A DNA stretch of 64,000 nucleotides from Candidatus Sumerlaeia bacterium (GTDB taxonomy: Bacteria; Sumerlaeota; Sumerlaeia; SLMS01; JANRJK01), in the NCBI GenBank assembly GCA_033764015.1, contig JANRJK010000013.1, forward strand, positions 256,001 through 320,000, given 5' to 3'. Made by a program: the position numbers and the translations under genes. Shown here piece after piece: positions 32,929 through 41,972 of this stretch (its first letter is position 1; each line of letters opens with the position of its first letter). The notes under the pieces are model-generated. The model worked only from the letters and a program-made list of their open reading frames with translations. It searched no databases and was not told the origin of the DNA.

Positions 32929-33850
32929 TGCCCTTCGTGATCTGCATGAACACATCTTCGAGGTCGATTTCCTTTTCGCTGATGCTCGTGAAGCGGATAC
33001 CGTTCTTGTTCAGCGCGTCGATGATGATGTCGGTGTCGTGGTCCCCCTCAAGCGGGAGGTGCACCTGCAGCAGCGTGCCGTCGCGCTCCACGCGCGTCAC
33101 CGGCTTGGTGTCCAGCAGGAGCTGCTCCGCCGCCGACTCGAAGCCCTCCTTCACCTTCACCTCCACGACGCGCCCGCCGCGGAGCTGGTCCGTGATCGCC
33201 TTGATGTCGCCGGCGTACAGCAGCTTCCCCTGCTCGATAATGCCCACCGTGTTGCAGAAGTCCGCCAGCTCCGTCAGGATGTGGCTGCTGATGAGGATCG
33301 TCTTGCCCATGCGCCGCAGCTCCTTGAGCAGCTCGCGCAACTCGATGCGCGCCCGCGGGTCCAAGCCCGAGGCGGGCTCGTCCAGCAGCAGCACCTTCGG
33401 GTCGTGGATCAGCGTCTTCGCCAGGCAGAGCCGCTGCTTCATGCCGCGGGAGAGCGCCTCGACGCCGGCGTCCTTCTTGTGCGTCAGGTCCGTCAGCTCC
33501 AGGACGTCGTCGATGATCTTCTTCCGGCGCGTCTTCTCGATCCGGTACGCGGCGCCGAAGAAGTCGAGGTACTCCCAGACCTTCATGTCGTCGTACACGC
33601 CGAAGCTGTCGGGCATGTAGCCCATCACCCGCTTCACGTCGTCCGCCTGCGTCAGGACGTTGTAGCCGCAAACGAGCGCGAAACCCTGCGTCGGCTTCAG
33701 CAGCGTCGCTAGGATCTTGATGGTCGTCGTCTTGCCGGCGCCGTTCGGGCCGATGAAGCCGAAGATGTCGCCCTCGTCGATCTTCATCGACAGGTTGTCG
33801 ACGGCGACGAGGTCCTTGTACACTTTGCGGACGTTCTGGATTTCGATCAT
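32918..33850 (-). CDS. ABC transporter ATP-binding protein (ABC-2/drug-exporter type)
   Basis: GPNGAGKTT, LSRGMKQR, LLLDEP, SSH. Confidence 0.92.
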   Translation of the reverse strand: MIEIQNVRKVYKDLVAVDNLSMKIDEGDIFGFIGPNGAGKTTTIKILATLLKPTQGFALVCGYNVLTQADDVKRVMGYMPDSFGVYDDMKVWEYLDFFGAAYRIEKTRRKKIIDDVLELTDLTHKKDAGVEALSRGMKQRLCLAKTLIHDPKVLLLDEPASGLDPRARIELRELLKELRRMGKTILISSHILTELADFCNTVGIIEQGKLLYAGDIKAITDQLRGGRVVEVKVKEGFESAAEQLLLDTKPVTRVERDGTLLQVHLPLEGDHDTDIIIDALNKNGIRFTSISEKEIDLEDVFMQITKGIVQ

Positions 33851-33917
33851 GTGCCCCGGGCCGGTCTGGACGGATTGGTCTTTGCGCGCGGGCCGCGCCC
33901 CCGACTTAACGCGCGCG

Positions 33918-33946
33918 AGCCTCGCCCCGGCGCGCGGTCCGGTCAA
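33918..33946 (-). promoter_or_regulatory. Putative sigma70-type promoter of the ABC-skp-lpx operon
   Basis: TTGACC-N17-GAGGCT on the minus strand. Confidence 0.45.
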
Positions 33947-33961
33947 CGTCCTTCGGAGCGG

Positions 33962-34432
33962 CTATCGCGGCGCCGCCGGTGGCGGAGGCTCCGCCCGCGG
34001 CGGGGTGTAGAGCGGCCCGTCGTCGCCCCAAAGAACCCGCGTGTTGGGGAAGTAGAGGCTCCCCCAGCCCTGCCCCTCGCTGAGCCATGGGCTCACACCC
34101 GCGGGCCAGTTCGGCCAAAGCGACCGGCACACCAGATAGTCCACCGAGCCAAACACCCCGGAGAGCCCCTTGAACAGCAGCCAACTGAAGTCGTATCCGA
34201 TACCCAGATTGAATCCGCCGAACAAGCTCCAACCGGCGCCCGCGCTGGGTGCGCGCGCGAGCCGCGACTGGTCGGCGAAGTACTCGAACACGTTCGTCAC
34301 GGTCACCACCGGGGCGTCCACCACGTCGCGGACCACGGTCACCGGCGTCAGGGCGATCCGTCCCGCCGTGTGCGAGCAGCCGCTCGCAGCAAGGCAAAGC
34401 GCCGCCAGCAGTCCAAGAAGAAGTCCGCGCAT
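33962..34432 (-). CDS. Hypothetical lipoprotein
   Basis: MRGLLLGLLAALCLAASGC lipobox; 156 aa. Confidence 0.7.
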   Translation of the reverse strand: MRGLLLGLLAALCLAASGCSHTAGRIALTPVTVVRDVVDAPVVTVTNVFEYFADQSRLARAPSAGAGWSLFGGFNLGIGYDFSWLLFKGLSGVFGSVDYLVCRSLWPNWPAGVSPWLSEGQGWGSLYFPNTRVLWGDDGPLYTPPRAEPPPPAAPR

Positions 34433-34535
34433 CGGGGTCCGCCTTTCGCCGTCCGGTGTGGTGCTCCGCCGGAAGATGGAAACCCGCTTGCTGCCTGCCG
34501 ATGCAAGAGTGTTTCAAAGCGCGGTGAGGTTACGA

Positions 34536-34979
34536 ATGCGCCTTCCCGCCGCGGCGTTGGCCGCCGCCATCTTCGCCGCCGCATGCCGGGAACCGGCTCC
34601 GCCGCCGCCCCCCGCCCCCACGCCAGTCCCCACAGCGACCCCCGAGCCGCCCCCCACCCCAGCGCCCCAGCGGACCACCGCCTCCGGCATCGTCGTCGAC
34701 GAGGCCTTGGCGGGCGTCGGCGACCCGCTGCCGAAGGGCGCGCGCGTCCTCGCCGCCTACACCATCGCCGGCGCGGAAGGGGAGGACCCCCTCGAGGAGG
34801 GAATCCTCGAGCTCGTCCTCGGCGACCCGCTGCTGCCCACCGTCTGGGCCGAATCCCTCGATGGCGTCCGTGACGGCGCCCGCAGGGGGCTTCGCGTCCC
34901 CGCGGCCCTCTTGCCCGCGCTGCCGTCCGCCGCAGAATTCCACCAGATCGATTTCGAGGTAAGCGCCATTGCGGAATAA
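34536..34979 (+). CDS. Lipoprotein with a degenerate FKBP-like domain
   Basis: Lipobox FAAAC, Pro/Thr linker, then TTASG...G.G...G..V...YT...LG...W.E.L.G...G.RR.L.VP...FEV, which tracks the FKBP fold; GAGG RBS. Confidence 0.6.
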   Translation: MRLPAAALAAAIFAAACREPAPPPPPAPTPVPTATPEPPPTPAPQRTTASGIVVDEALAGVGDPLPKGARVLAAYTIAGAEGEDPLEEGILELVLGDPLLPTVWAESLDGVRDGARRGLRVPAALLPALPSAAEFHQIDFEVSAIAE

Positions 34980-36219
34980 CCCCGACGTGGACCACGGGAA
35001 GCCCTCAGGACCCAAGCTTCCCTGCCCCTTCCGCTACATCACCGACTCCGCCGGCCTCGCCGAGGCCGCCGCCGCGCTCGACAACGCGCCCTGGGTCGCC
35101 GTCGACACCGAGTTCGTCGGCGAGCGCCACTACCGCGCTAGGCTTGAAGTCGTCCAGCTCGCCGTCCCCGGCGCCATCTTCATCATCGACGTCCAGCGCT
35201 GCCCCGATCTCGCGCCGCTCCGTCCCGCGCTCGAGGACAACTCGAAGCTCAAGATCCTCCACGCAGCGGGGCAGGATGTCGCCCTCATGGACCGCCAGAC
35301 CGGGGGGCGCATGGCGAACGTGTTCGACACGCAGCTCGCCGCCGCGTTCCTCGGCTACGGCCTGCAGGTCTCGCTCACCAACCTTACCATGTCGCTGCTC
35401 AAGATCGAGCTCGACGGCAAGCACACCACCAGCGACTGGTCCGAGCGCCCGCTCACCCCGCAGCAGCTCGAATACGCCGCCTGCGATGTCGCGTGGCTCG
35501 GAGCCATCCGCGACCGGCTTTCCGCCCAGCTCGAAGCCCGCGGGCGCGCCGCATGGTTTGTCGAGGAGCAGGAGGCCCGCCTCCAGGAATCCGTCGACGA
35601 CGAGCCGACGCCCGACGAGGAGCTGTTCCGCCGCGTCAAGAACGCGCTTTCCCTCAAGCCCCGCGAGCTCGCGCACCTCCGCGAACTCACCGCCTGGCGC
35701 GAGCGCACCGCCCGCTCCGCGAACGTCCCCCGCCGCCAGGTGATGACCGACGAGGGCCTGGTCGAACTCGCCACGCACCAGCCCCGCACCCGCGAGGCGC
35801 TGTCCAAGCTCCGCCGCGTCCCCACCGGCCCCGCGATGCGGTACTCCGACCAGGTCCTTCCCGCCATCGAACGCGCCTCGCAGATTCCCCGCGAGCAATG
35901 GCCCGCGAAGATCAAGCCCCCCTCGCTTCCCTCGCTGCCCACCGGCGTCGTCGAGCTGGCGCAGGCCGTCCTCCGCAATTGCTCCGAAGGCGAGGATGTC
36001 GCATCCACGCTCGTCGCCACCACCTCCGAGCTGAACCAGTTCATCGGCTGCAAGATCGGCGGCGGCGACCTAGACGGCCATCCGCTCCTCAAGGGCTGGC
36101 GCCGCGAACTCGTCGGCGAACGCCTGGTCCGCCTCCTCGAGGGCCGCCTCCTCATCCGCGTCACCAAGGACGGACTGGAAGCGGTCGATTGGCCCGACGC
36201 GGAGGAGTCCGCCCCATGA
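34969..36219 (+). CDS. rnd: Ribonuclease D
   Basis: [39 protein letters not shown] region, L.GWRRELVG. Start may be GTG 34987. Confidence 0.92.
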   Translation: MRNNPDVDHGKPSGPKLPCPFRYITDSAGLAEAAAALDNAPWVAVDTEFVGERHYRARLEVVQLAVPGAIFIIDVQRCPDLAPLRPALEDNSKLKILHAAGQDVALMDRQTGGRMANVFDTQLAAAFLGYGLQVSLTNLTMSLLKIELDGKHTTSDWSERPLTPQQLEYAACDVAWLGAIRDRLSAQLEARGRAAWFVEEQEARLQESVDDEPTPDEELFRRVKNALSLKPRELAHLRELTAWRERTARSANVPRRQVMTDEGLVELATHQPRTREALSKLRRVPTGPAMRYSDQVLPAIERASQIPREQWPAKIKPPSLPSLPTGVVELAQAVLRNCSEGEDVASTLVATTSELNQFIGCKIGGGDLDGHPLLKGWRRELVGERLVRLLEGRLLIRVTKDGLEAVDWPDAEESAP

Positions 36220-36713
36220 GCGCGCCACGCATCGCGATCGTCATGGGGTCCCGTTCCGACTGGGAAACCATGCGCCACGCCGCGGCGCTCCTCGATGAGC
36301 TGAATGTGACGCACCATGTCGAGGTGGTCTCCGCGCACCGCACTCCGGACAAGATGATCGCCTTCGCCGCCGACGCCGAGAGCCGCGGCTTCGAGGTCGT
36401 CATCGCCGGCGCCGGCGGCGCCGCGCACCTCCCCGGCATGATCGCCTCCAAGACCTGCCTCCCAGTCCTCGGCGTCCCGGTCGAGTCGAAGGCGCTCAGC
36501 GGCATGGACTCGCTGCTGTCGATCGTGCAGATGCCCGCCGGCGTTCCGGTCGGCACCCTCGCGATCGGCCGCGCCGGCGCCGTCAACGCCGCGCTGCTCG
36601 CCGCCTCGATCCTCGCCCGGGCCGACGACGACCTGCGGGTGCGCCTCGCCGCCTGGCGCGCGCGCCAAACGCAAGACGTCCTCGACCACCCGGACCCGCG
36701 GGAAGGCGCCTGA
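36216..36713 (+). CDS. purE: N5-carboxyaminoimidazole ribonucleotide mutase
   Basis: [34 protein letters not shown]. Confidence 0.97.
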   Translation: MSAPRIAIVMGSRSDWETMRHAAALLDELNVTHHVEVVSAHRTPDKMIAFAADAESRGFEVVIAGAGGAAHLPGMIASKTCLPVLGVPVESKALSGMDSLLSIVQMPAGVPVGTLAIGRAGAVNAALLAASILARADDDLRVRLAAWRARQTQDVLDHPDPREGA

Positions 36714-36715
36714 CC

Positions 36716-37822
36716 GTGCGCATCGGGATCCTCGGCGGCGGCCAGCTCGGGCGCATGCTCGCCCTCGCCGGCGTCCCGCTCGGCTACCGGTTCCTCTTTC
36801 TCGATCCCTCCGCGGAGGCGCCCGCCCGCGACTTGGGGGAGTACCTGTGCGCGGGCTACGACGACCGGGCGGGGCTCGCGCGCCTCGCCGACTCCTGCGA
36901 CGTCGTCACCTACGAGTTCGAGTCGGTCCCCGCCTCCGCCGTCCACGAGCTCCTCCGGCGCCGCCCCGTGCGCCCCGGCGCGCTGGCGCTCGAAACCGCC
37001 CAGGAACGCTTCGCCGAAAAGTCGCTCTTCCAGCGCCTCGGCATCCCGACCGCGCCCTTCGCGCCGGTCGACTCGCTGCTGGAGTTCCGCGACGCCCTCG
37101 ACCGCATCGGCTACCCCGCGGTGCTCAAGACCCGCCGCCACGGCTACGACGGCAAGGGGCAAGCGGTCCTCCGCTCCGCCGCCGACGCCGACCACGCGTG
37201 GACCAGCCACGCCGGCGTTCCGCTCCTCATCGAGGGGCACGTCCCCTTCATCCGCGAACTCTCCATCGTCGGCGTGCGCGGCGCGGATGGCGCCCTCGCC
37301 TGCTACCCCCTCGTCGAGAACCGCCACCACGCGGGGATCCTCCGACTCACCATCGCGCCCGCACCCGCCGTCGACGACGCGCTGCAGCAGCGGGCCGAGG
37401 ACCTCTTCGCCCTCATCGCCCAGGCGCTCGACTACGTGGGAGTCCTCGCGGTCGAGCTTTTCCAGACCGAGGGCGGGCTCCTCGCCAACGAGATCGCACC
37501 CCGCGTCCACAACAGTGGCCACTGGACCATCGAGGGCGCCCGCACCTCGCAGTTCGAGAACCACATCCGCGCCATCGCGGGGCTGCCGCTTGGCGACTGC
37601 TCCGCCTTCGGCCCCGCTGCGATGGTGAACCTCATCGGCTCGACGCCGGAGCGCGACGCGGTCCTCTCGATCCTCGGTGCGAAGCTGCACCTCTACGGCA
37701 AGTCCGACCGCCCCGGGCGGAAGCTCGGCCACGTCACCCTGCTTGCGGACACGCCGGAGGATCTGCGCGCGCGGCTCGGGGAGCTCGCCGCCGCGGTGCC
37801 CGGCATCGAGTCGCTGCTCTAG
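36716..37822 (+). CDS. purK: N5-carboxyaminoimidazole ribonucleotide synthase
   Basis: GGGQLGRML, TYEFE, GYDGKGQ, NEIAPRVHNSGH, RPGRKLGH. Confidence 0.97.
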   Translation: MRIGILGGGQLGRMLALAGVPLGYRFLFLDPSAEAPARDLGEYLCAGYDDRAGLARLADSCDVVTYEFESVPASAVHELLRRRPVRPGALALETAQERFAEKSLFQRLGIPTAPFAPVDSLLEFRDALDRIGYPAVLKTRRHGYDGKGQAVLRSAADADHAWTSHAGVPLLIEGHVPFIRELSIVGVRGADGALACYPLVENRHHAGILRLTIAPAPAVDDALQQRAEDLFALIAQALDYVGVLAVELFQTEGGLLANEIAPRVHNSGHWTIEGARTSQFENHIRAIAGLPLGDCSAFGPAAMVNLIGSTPERDAVLSILGAKLHLYGKSDRPGRKLGHVTLLADTPEDLRARLGELAAAVPGIESLL

Positions 37823-37894
37823 GCCCGGGAAAGCGAGCGGGCGCGGAGCCCATCGGCCCCGCGCCCGCGACACCACGCGACGGGTGGCGCGCCG

Positions 37895-40258
37895 CTACCG
37901 CTCGCGCCAGCTCTCCACGTTGTTCGGCCCGCTCACGTTCACGATGACATTGCCGATGGCGCCGTTCCAGCCGCCCGCCTGGATGTGGTACGTCGTGCCC
38001 GAGGCGGCGTTGAACGTCACCTCGCTCGTGGTGCCGCTGCCCCCGGTGTCGTCGTTCGCCGCGATCACCGTGAGCGCATTAACCGCCGCCCCGGTGTAGA
38101 CGCCGAGGACCGTGTCCATCGGGTTGCCGCTGGTTGTGCTGCCGACCGTGCTGATCGTCGTCGTGCCGCTGCCCGGCGCCGTCCAGCGGTACCACAGCGT
38201 GCCGGTGATCAGCTGTCCAGCGACGGTCGTCGGCTCGCCCGACTCCGTCGTTGCGCCGTTGTTGCTGTACGCGCTCGTCGACGCGGTCGATCCCGGCACC
38301 GTCTCGCCGTCCACGAAATCGTCGTTCGGCGCAACGGCGCCGACCTCGAATTGCACCGGAACCTCGTAGGGGCTGTTCGTCGCCAGCGCGTCGGTGATGG
38401 TCACAATGGCGTTGTAGGTCCCCGCCGACAGAGCCGCCGCCGAAAGCGTCAGCTCCACTGTGTCTTGCTCCGCCGTCGCGGTCCCCGACCCCGGGGTGAC
38501 CGTCAGCCAAGGCGCATTGTCCGAGACGGTGTAGGAGAGCGTGCTGCCGCCTGCGTTTCGGATGGCGAACGCGCGCGAGGCGCTCTGCCCCTCAAGCCGC
38601 GACTCCGTGATCGCCGCCAGCGATGTCTCGATGATCGGCGATGCGGTCAGCGCGACGTTCAGCGTCGTCAGCCCCGTCGCGCCGCCCTTGCCGTCCACCG
38701 CGATCTGATAGGTCGTGCCCCCCGTCGCCGCGAAGGTGACGGAGCTCGTCGTGCCGCTCGTGTCGTCGTTCGATGCCACGCCGGTCAACGCCCCGACCGA
38801 GTTGCCCGTGTAGACCGCGAGCAACGTGTCGTAGGCGCTGCCAACCGTGGTGATGGTCGCCGTCCCGGACGCCGGGGCGGTCCAGCTCCACCAACTCGAC
38901 GCGCCGCCCGCGTTGCCCGCGTGGTTCGGCTCGCCGGCTTCCTTGTCGTGCGTCAGGTTGCGGCCCGTGAGCGTGATGTTCCCGTAGTCGAACGCGATCC
39001 GGTTTGCGAAGTCGTCGTTCTGAAGGCGCCACACCGTGAACGTGTCCTGGTTGTTCGTCATGGAGAGCGCGTTGTGCGCCTCGTTCGCATCGCCCACCGG
39101 CACGCCGGTCGGCTGGCCCTGGAAGGTCACGTCGGGGTTGGAGAAGTACTGGATGCGCGACCCCGGCGCGTAGGCCATCACGGTGCGGTATGCGACCGCG
39201 TTGTTCCCGGTGAAGCGGTGGCCGTAGGAATAGGTGTAGGTGCCCGCGCCGCCGTCCGCCCGCGCGTGCATGTTGCCCATGTTGTGGCCGATCTCGTGCT
39301 GGAAACTTTCCTGCGTGATGCAGTTGGCGCCGGTGACGCTGAAGGCGTTCGAGGAGAAGCCGACGCTCTCCGTCGCCATCAGGTAGGCGATGCCGCAGGC
39401 GCCCGCCGCGGAACTAGACGTGAGCAGCGCGCACTCGTCCGCGCGGTACAGCTCGCGCAGCGTGTGAACCTCGTCCATGAAGCCGTCCGTCGTGCCTGCC
39501 CAGCGGCCGAGATCCGTCCCGAGGTTGCCCGCGTCGTAGTATGGCGTTTCGTACATGTGCACCAGCGTCGCCTGCAGGTTGATCAGGCTGTTCGTGTACG
39601 AGGCGTTCGTGCGGGTCATCGCGTTGTTCACCTGCGCGATGATGCCCGACTGTCCGTAGACCTGGCGCGCGGTGATCGTGTAAGCCACCATCACGTCGAT
39701 GTTTTCGATCGCATCCGCCGCCGGCACCGGCCCTTGCGGGCGCTCCGCCACTCCGAGGCCGAAGTCGAGGTGCTTCTCCGTCACACCGCACGTCGGCATC
39801 AGGCTCTCGTCCTTCAGCACGATCTCATGCGTTCCGTCGGCCCGGTGCCACACCGCGAAGGTCCCCACGCCCGGCACGTCCACATCGAGCGAGATCGCCT
39901 CCTTGTACACCGCCAAAATCACCGGCATCGGGTCGTCGCCCTTGAGGCGCCCCACCCAGGAATAGTCGTCCTCGCCGCGGAACTCGAGGCGATCGAACTC
40001 CACCTCGACCACCGCGTCGTCGAAGAAGTTGATCGCGATGGTGCGCTCGCCATCGCGGGCGAAGCGGAGCGCGTCGAACACGCCGCGGTCGACTTCGGCG
40101 AGCCGGGTGCGCATGATCTCCGGCCTGCTGCTCGGTTGCAGCGTGCCGTCGTAGCTCCGCGCCGCGTTGAAGAAAACGTCCGCCGCCGACGCTCCACCGC
40201 ATAGGGAGAGCGCCGCAGCCAGGGAAGCCAGCCGCCTTGCAAAGGTCTTGATCGCCAC
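37895..40258 (-). CDS. Secreted M12/reprolysin-like zinc metalloprotease with two PPC-like repeats and a BACON-like domain
   Basis: Signal peptide; cysteine-switch-like MPTCG; HEIGHNMGNMH; Met-turn TVMAY; repeated NDDF...GEP...W.WTAP.SG...DT.L.VYTG...NDD modules. Confidence 0.85.
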   Translation of the reverse strand: MAIKTFARRLASLAAALSLCGGASAADVFFNAARSYDGTLQPSSRPEIMRTRLAEVDRGVFDALRFARDGERTIAINFFDDAVVEVEFDRLEFRGEDDYSWVGRLKGDDPMPVILAVYKEAISLDVDVPGVGTFAVWHRADGTHEIVLKDESLMPTCGVTEKHLDFGLGVAERPQGPVPAADAIENIDVMVAYTITARQVYGQSGIIAQVNNAMTRTNASYTNSLINLQATLVHMYETPYYDAGNLGTDLGRWAGTTDGFMDEVHTLRELYRADECALLTSSSAAGACGIAYLMATESVGFSSNAFSVTGANCITQESFQHEIGHNMGNMHARADGGAGTYTYSYGHRFTGNNAVAYRTVMAYAPGSRIQYFSNPDVTFQGQPTGVPVGDANEAHNALSMTNNQDTFTVWRLQNDDFANRIAFDYGNITLTGRNLTHDKEAGEPNHAGNAGGASSWWSWTAPASGTATITTVGSAYDTLLAVYTGNSVGALTGVASNDDTSGTTSSVTFAATGGTTYQIAVDGKGGATGLTTLNVALTASPIIETSLAAITESRLEGQSASRAFAIRNAGGSTLSYTVSDNAPWLTVTPGSGTATAEQDTVELTLSAAALSAGTYNAIVTITDALATNSPYEVPVQFEVGAVAPNDDFVDGETVPGSTASTSAYSNNGATTESGEPTTVAGQLITGTLWYRWTAPGSGTTTISTVGSTTSGNPMDTVLGVYTGAAVNALTVIAANDDTGGSGTTSEVTFNAASGTTYHIQAGGWNGAIGNVIVNVSGPNNVESWRER

Positions 40259-40330
40259 TTTGTGGGCCTTTCGAGGGGTTTCGGTGGAATCTTGAAGCCC
40301 CTATAGCGGCACCACAACGAAAATCGCCGA

Positions 40331-41758
40331 TCAAGTCCCGAAGACGAAATCCTTCACCTGCACCGCGCCGTGGCGGACATAGTTCATGAATTCCTTCGGA
40401 GAACGCACGCCCGCCAAGGTCCGGGCGATGAACGCCGGGCGCATGTAGAACTCCCGCAGCCCATCGGTCCGCAGCTTCGCCAACCGCTCCAGCGTGATAT
40501 GCTTCGTCGCCATGCACGGCATTCCGTACGCCTCCTTCGGAACCGTGTCCGGCGGCAGCAGCCCCGCCTCCACGACCTCCTTGTGCAGTGGCGTCCCGGG
40601 GAACGGGTACGGGTAGAAGATCTCGAGGAAATCCGGATCGAGCTCCTTCGCGAACTCGATGTCGCTGCGCAGGATCTGCTCCGTGTCGTCGGGCAGCCCG
40701 AACAGGAGGTACATGCTGCGCTTGATGCCGGCCTCGCGCGTCATCGCGAGCGCCTTCCGCGCCATCTCCACGTTCGCCTTCTTGTTGATCCGCTTCAGCG
40801 ACTCGTCGTCGCCCTTCTCGACGCCGAAGGCGATGATCCAGCATCCCGCCTTCTTCATCCACTTCAGGGCCTCGGGATTGATCGTGTCGACGCGCGAGTT
40901 GCACGCCCACTCGATGTCGAGCTTGCTGTCGATGATCGCCTCGCACAGCTTGATCACCCACGCCTTGTTCTGGGTGAAGAGGTCGCTGCGGAACAGGAAG
41001 CTGCGGATGCCGTGGCGCTCGACGCACTCCCGGATCTCGCCCATCACGTTTTCCACGGAGCGGTAGCGGTTCTTCAGCCCGCTCACCTGGTTGGCGAGGC
41101 AGTATGTGCACGAGAACGGGCAGCCGCGGTTCGTCACCAGCGTCGTCTGCTTTTCGCCCGTGTCGGGGCGCAGGTAGAGCGCGTTGTTCGCCAGATGGCG
41201 CGCGGGATACGCGATATCGTCCAAGTCGTTCGGCAGCGCGCGGGACGGATTGCGCGTGGGCTTGCCGTCCTTGCGGAAAGAGAGGCCGTGGATCTCCGCG
41301 AGCGGCTTGCCCTGCGCGATCTCGCGGCATGTCAGCTCGTACTCGCCGCGCAGCGCCACATCGAGCTGCGGAACCTTTTCGAGCGCCTTCAGGTCGAGCG
41401 TGTTGAAGTGCGCGCCCTTCGCCACCGTCAGGCAGCCCGGCGCCATCTCCTTCAGCACCGCGGCGATGCGCATGTCCTCGTCGAAGGAGGGCGTCGTGAT
41501 GCTCATGACCACGACCGCGGGATCGAATTCCTTCACGTCCGCTCGGAGGTCGCCGAGCGTGGCGTCCTCCGCCGGGTAGTCGCGCAGCCGGCACTCCCAA
41601 CCGGCGCGCTCGAACTCCGCCGCGACGTACATAAGGTCCACCGGCGGGCGCAGCGCCACGGTCTTCAGCTTGTCGATCGGCGTCTGGCACCGGTCCTCGC
41701 GGATGAACTTCCCGGTGGGGGGCACGATGAAGAAGGCGCGTTGGCGGGCTGCGGTCAT
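40331..41758 (-). CDS. B12-binding domain radical SAM protein
   Basis: N-terminal cobalamin-binding Rossmann-like region (KGAH, RGEYE); RGCPFSCTYC CxxxCxxC; PFPGTPL. Confidence 0.88.
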   Translation of the reverse strand: MTAARQRAFFIVPPTGKFIREDRCQTPIDKLKTVALRPPVDLMYVAAEFERAGWECRLRDYPAEDATLGDLRADVKEFDPAVVVMSITTPSFDEDMRIAAVLKEMAPGCLTVAKGAHFNTLDLKALEKVPQLDVALRGEYELTCREIAQGKPLAEIHGLSFRKDGKPTRNPSRALPNDLDDIAYPARHLANNALYLRPDTGEKQTTLVTNRGCPFSCTYCLANQVSGLKNRYRSVENVMGEIRECVERHGIRSFLFRSDLFTQNKAWVIKLCEAIIDSKLDIEWACNSRVDTINPEALKWMKKAGCWIIAFGVEKGDDESLKRINKKANVEMARKALAMTREAGIKRSMYLLFGLPDDTEQILRSDIEFAKELDPDFLEIFYPYPFPGTPLHKEVVEAGLLPPDTVPKEAYGMPCMATKHITLERLAKLRTDGLREFYMRPAFIARTLAGVRSPKEFMNYVRHGAVQVKDFVFGT

Positions 41759-41808
41759 AAAGCGGCGGAGGTTCCTCGGGGGTTGCGTGCTACCCTTGAT
41801 CCATCCGC

Positions 41809-41837
41809 ATTTTGCGCGCGGGCGCCGGTCAAGTCAA
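41809..41837 (-). promoter_or_regulatory. Putative sigma70-type promoter for the radical SAM gene
   Basis: TTGACT-N17-CAAAAT on the minus strand. Confidence 0.5.
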
Positions 41838-41972
41838 GCGAGGGGGCGGCGCCGCGCGGAGCGGACCGCGAAGTTACCCGCAAGCCCCCCCGCGCCCGCA
41901 AGCGGCTTGACCGCCCCAAGACGCGCCGCGCAACGCTTCAATTTACCACCCCCCCTTGAAAGGCCCCACCCG

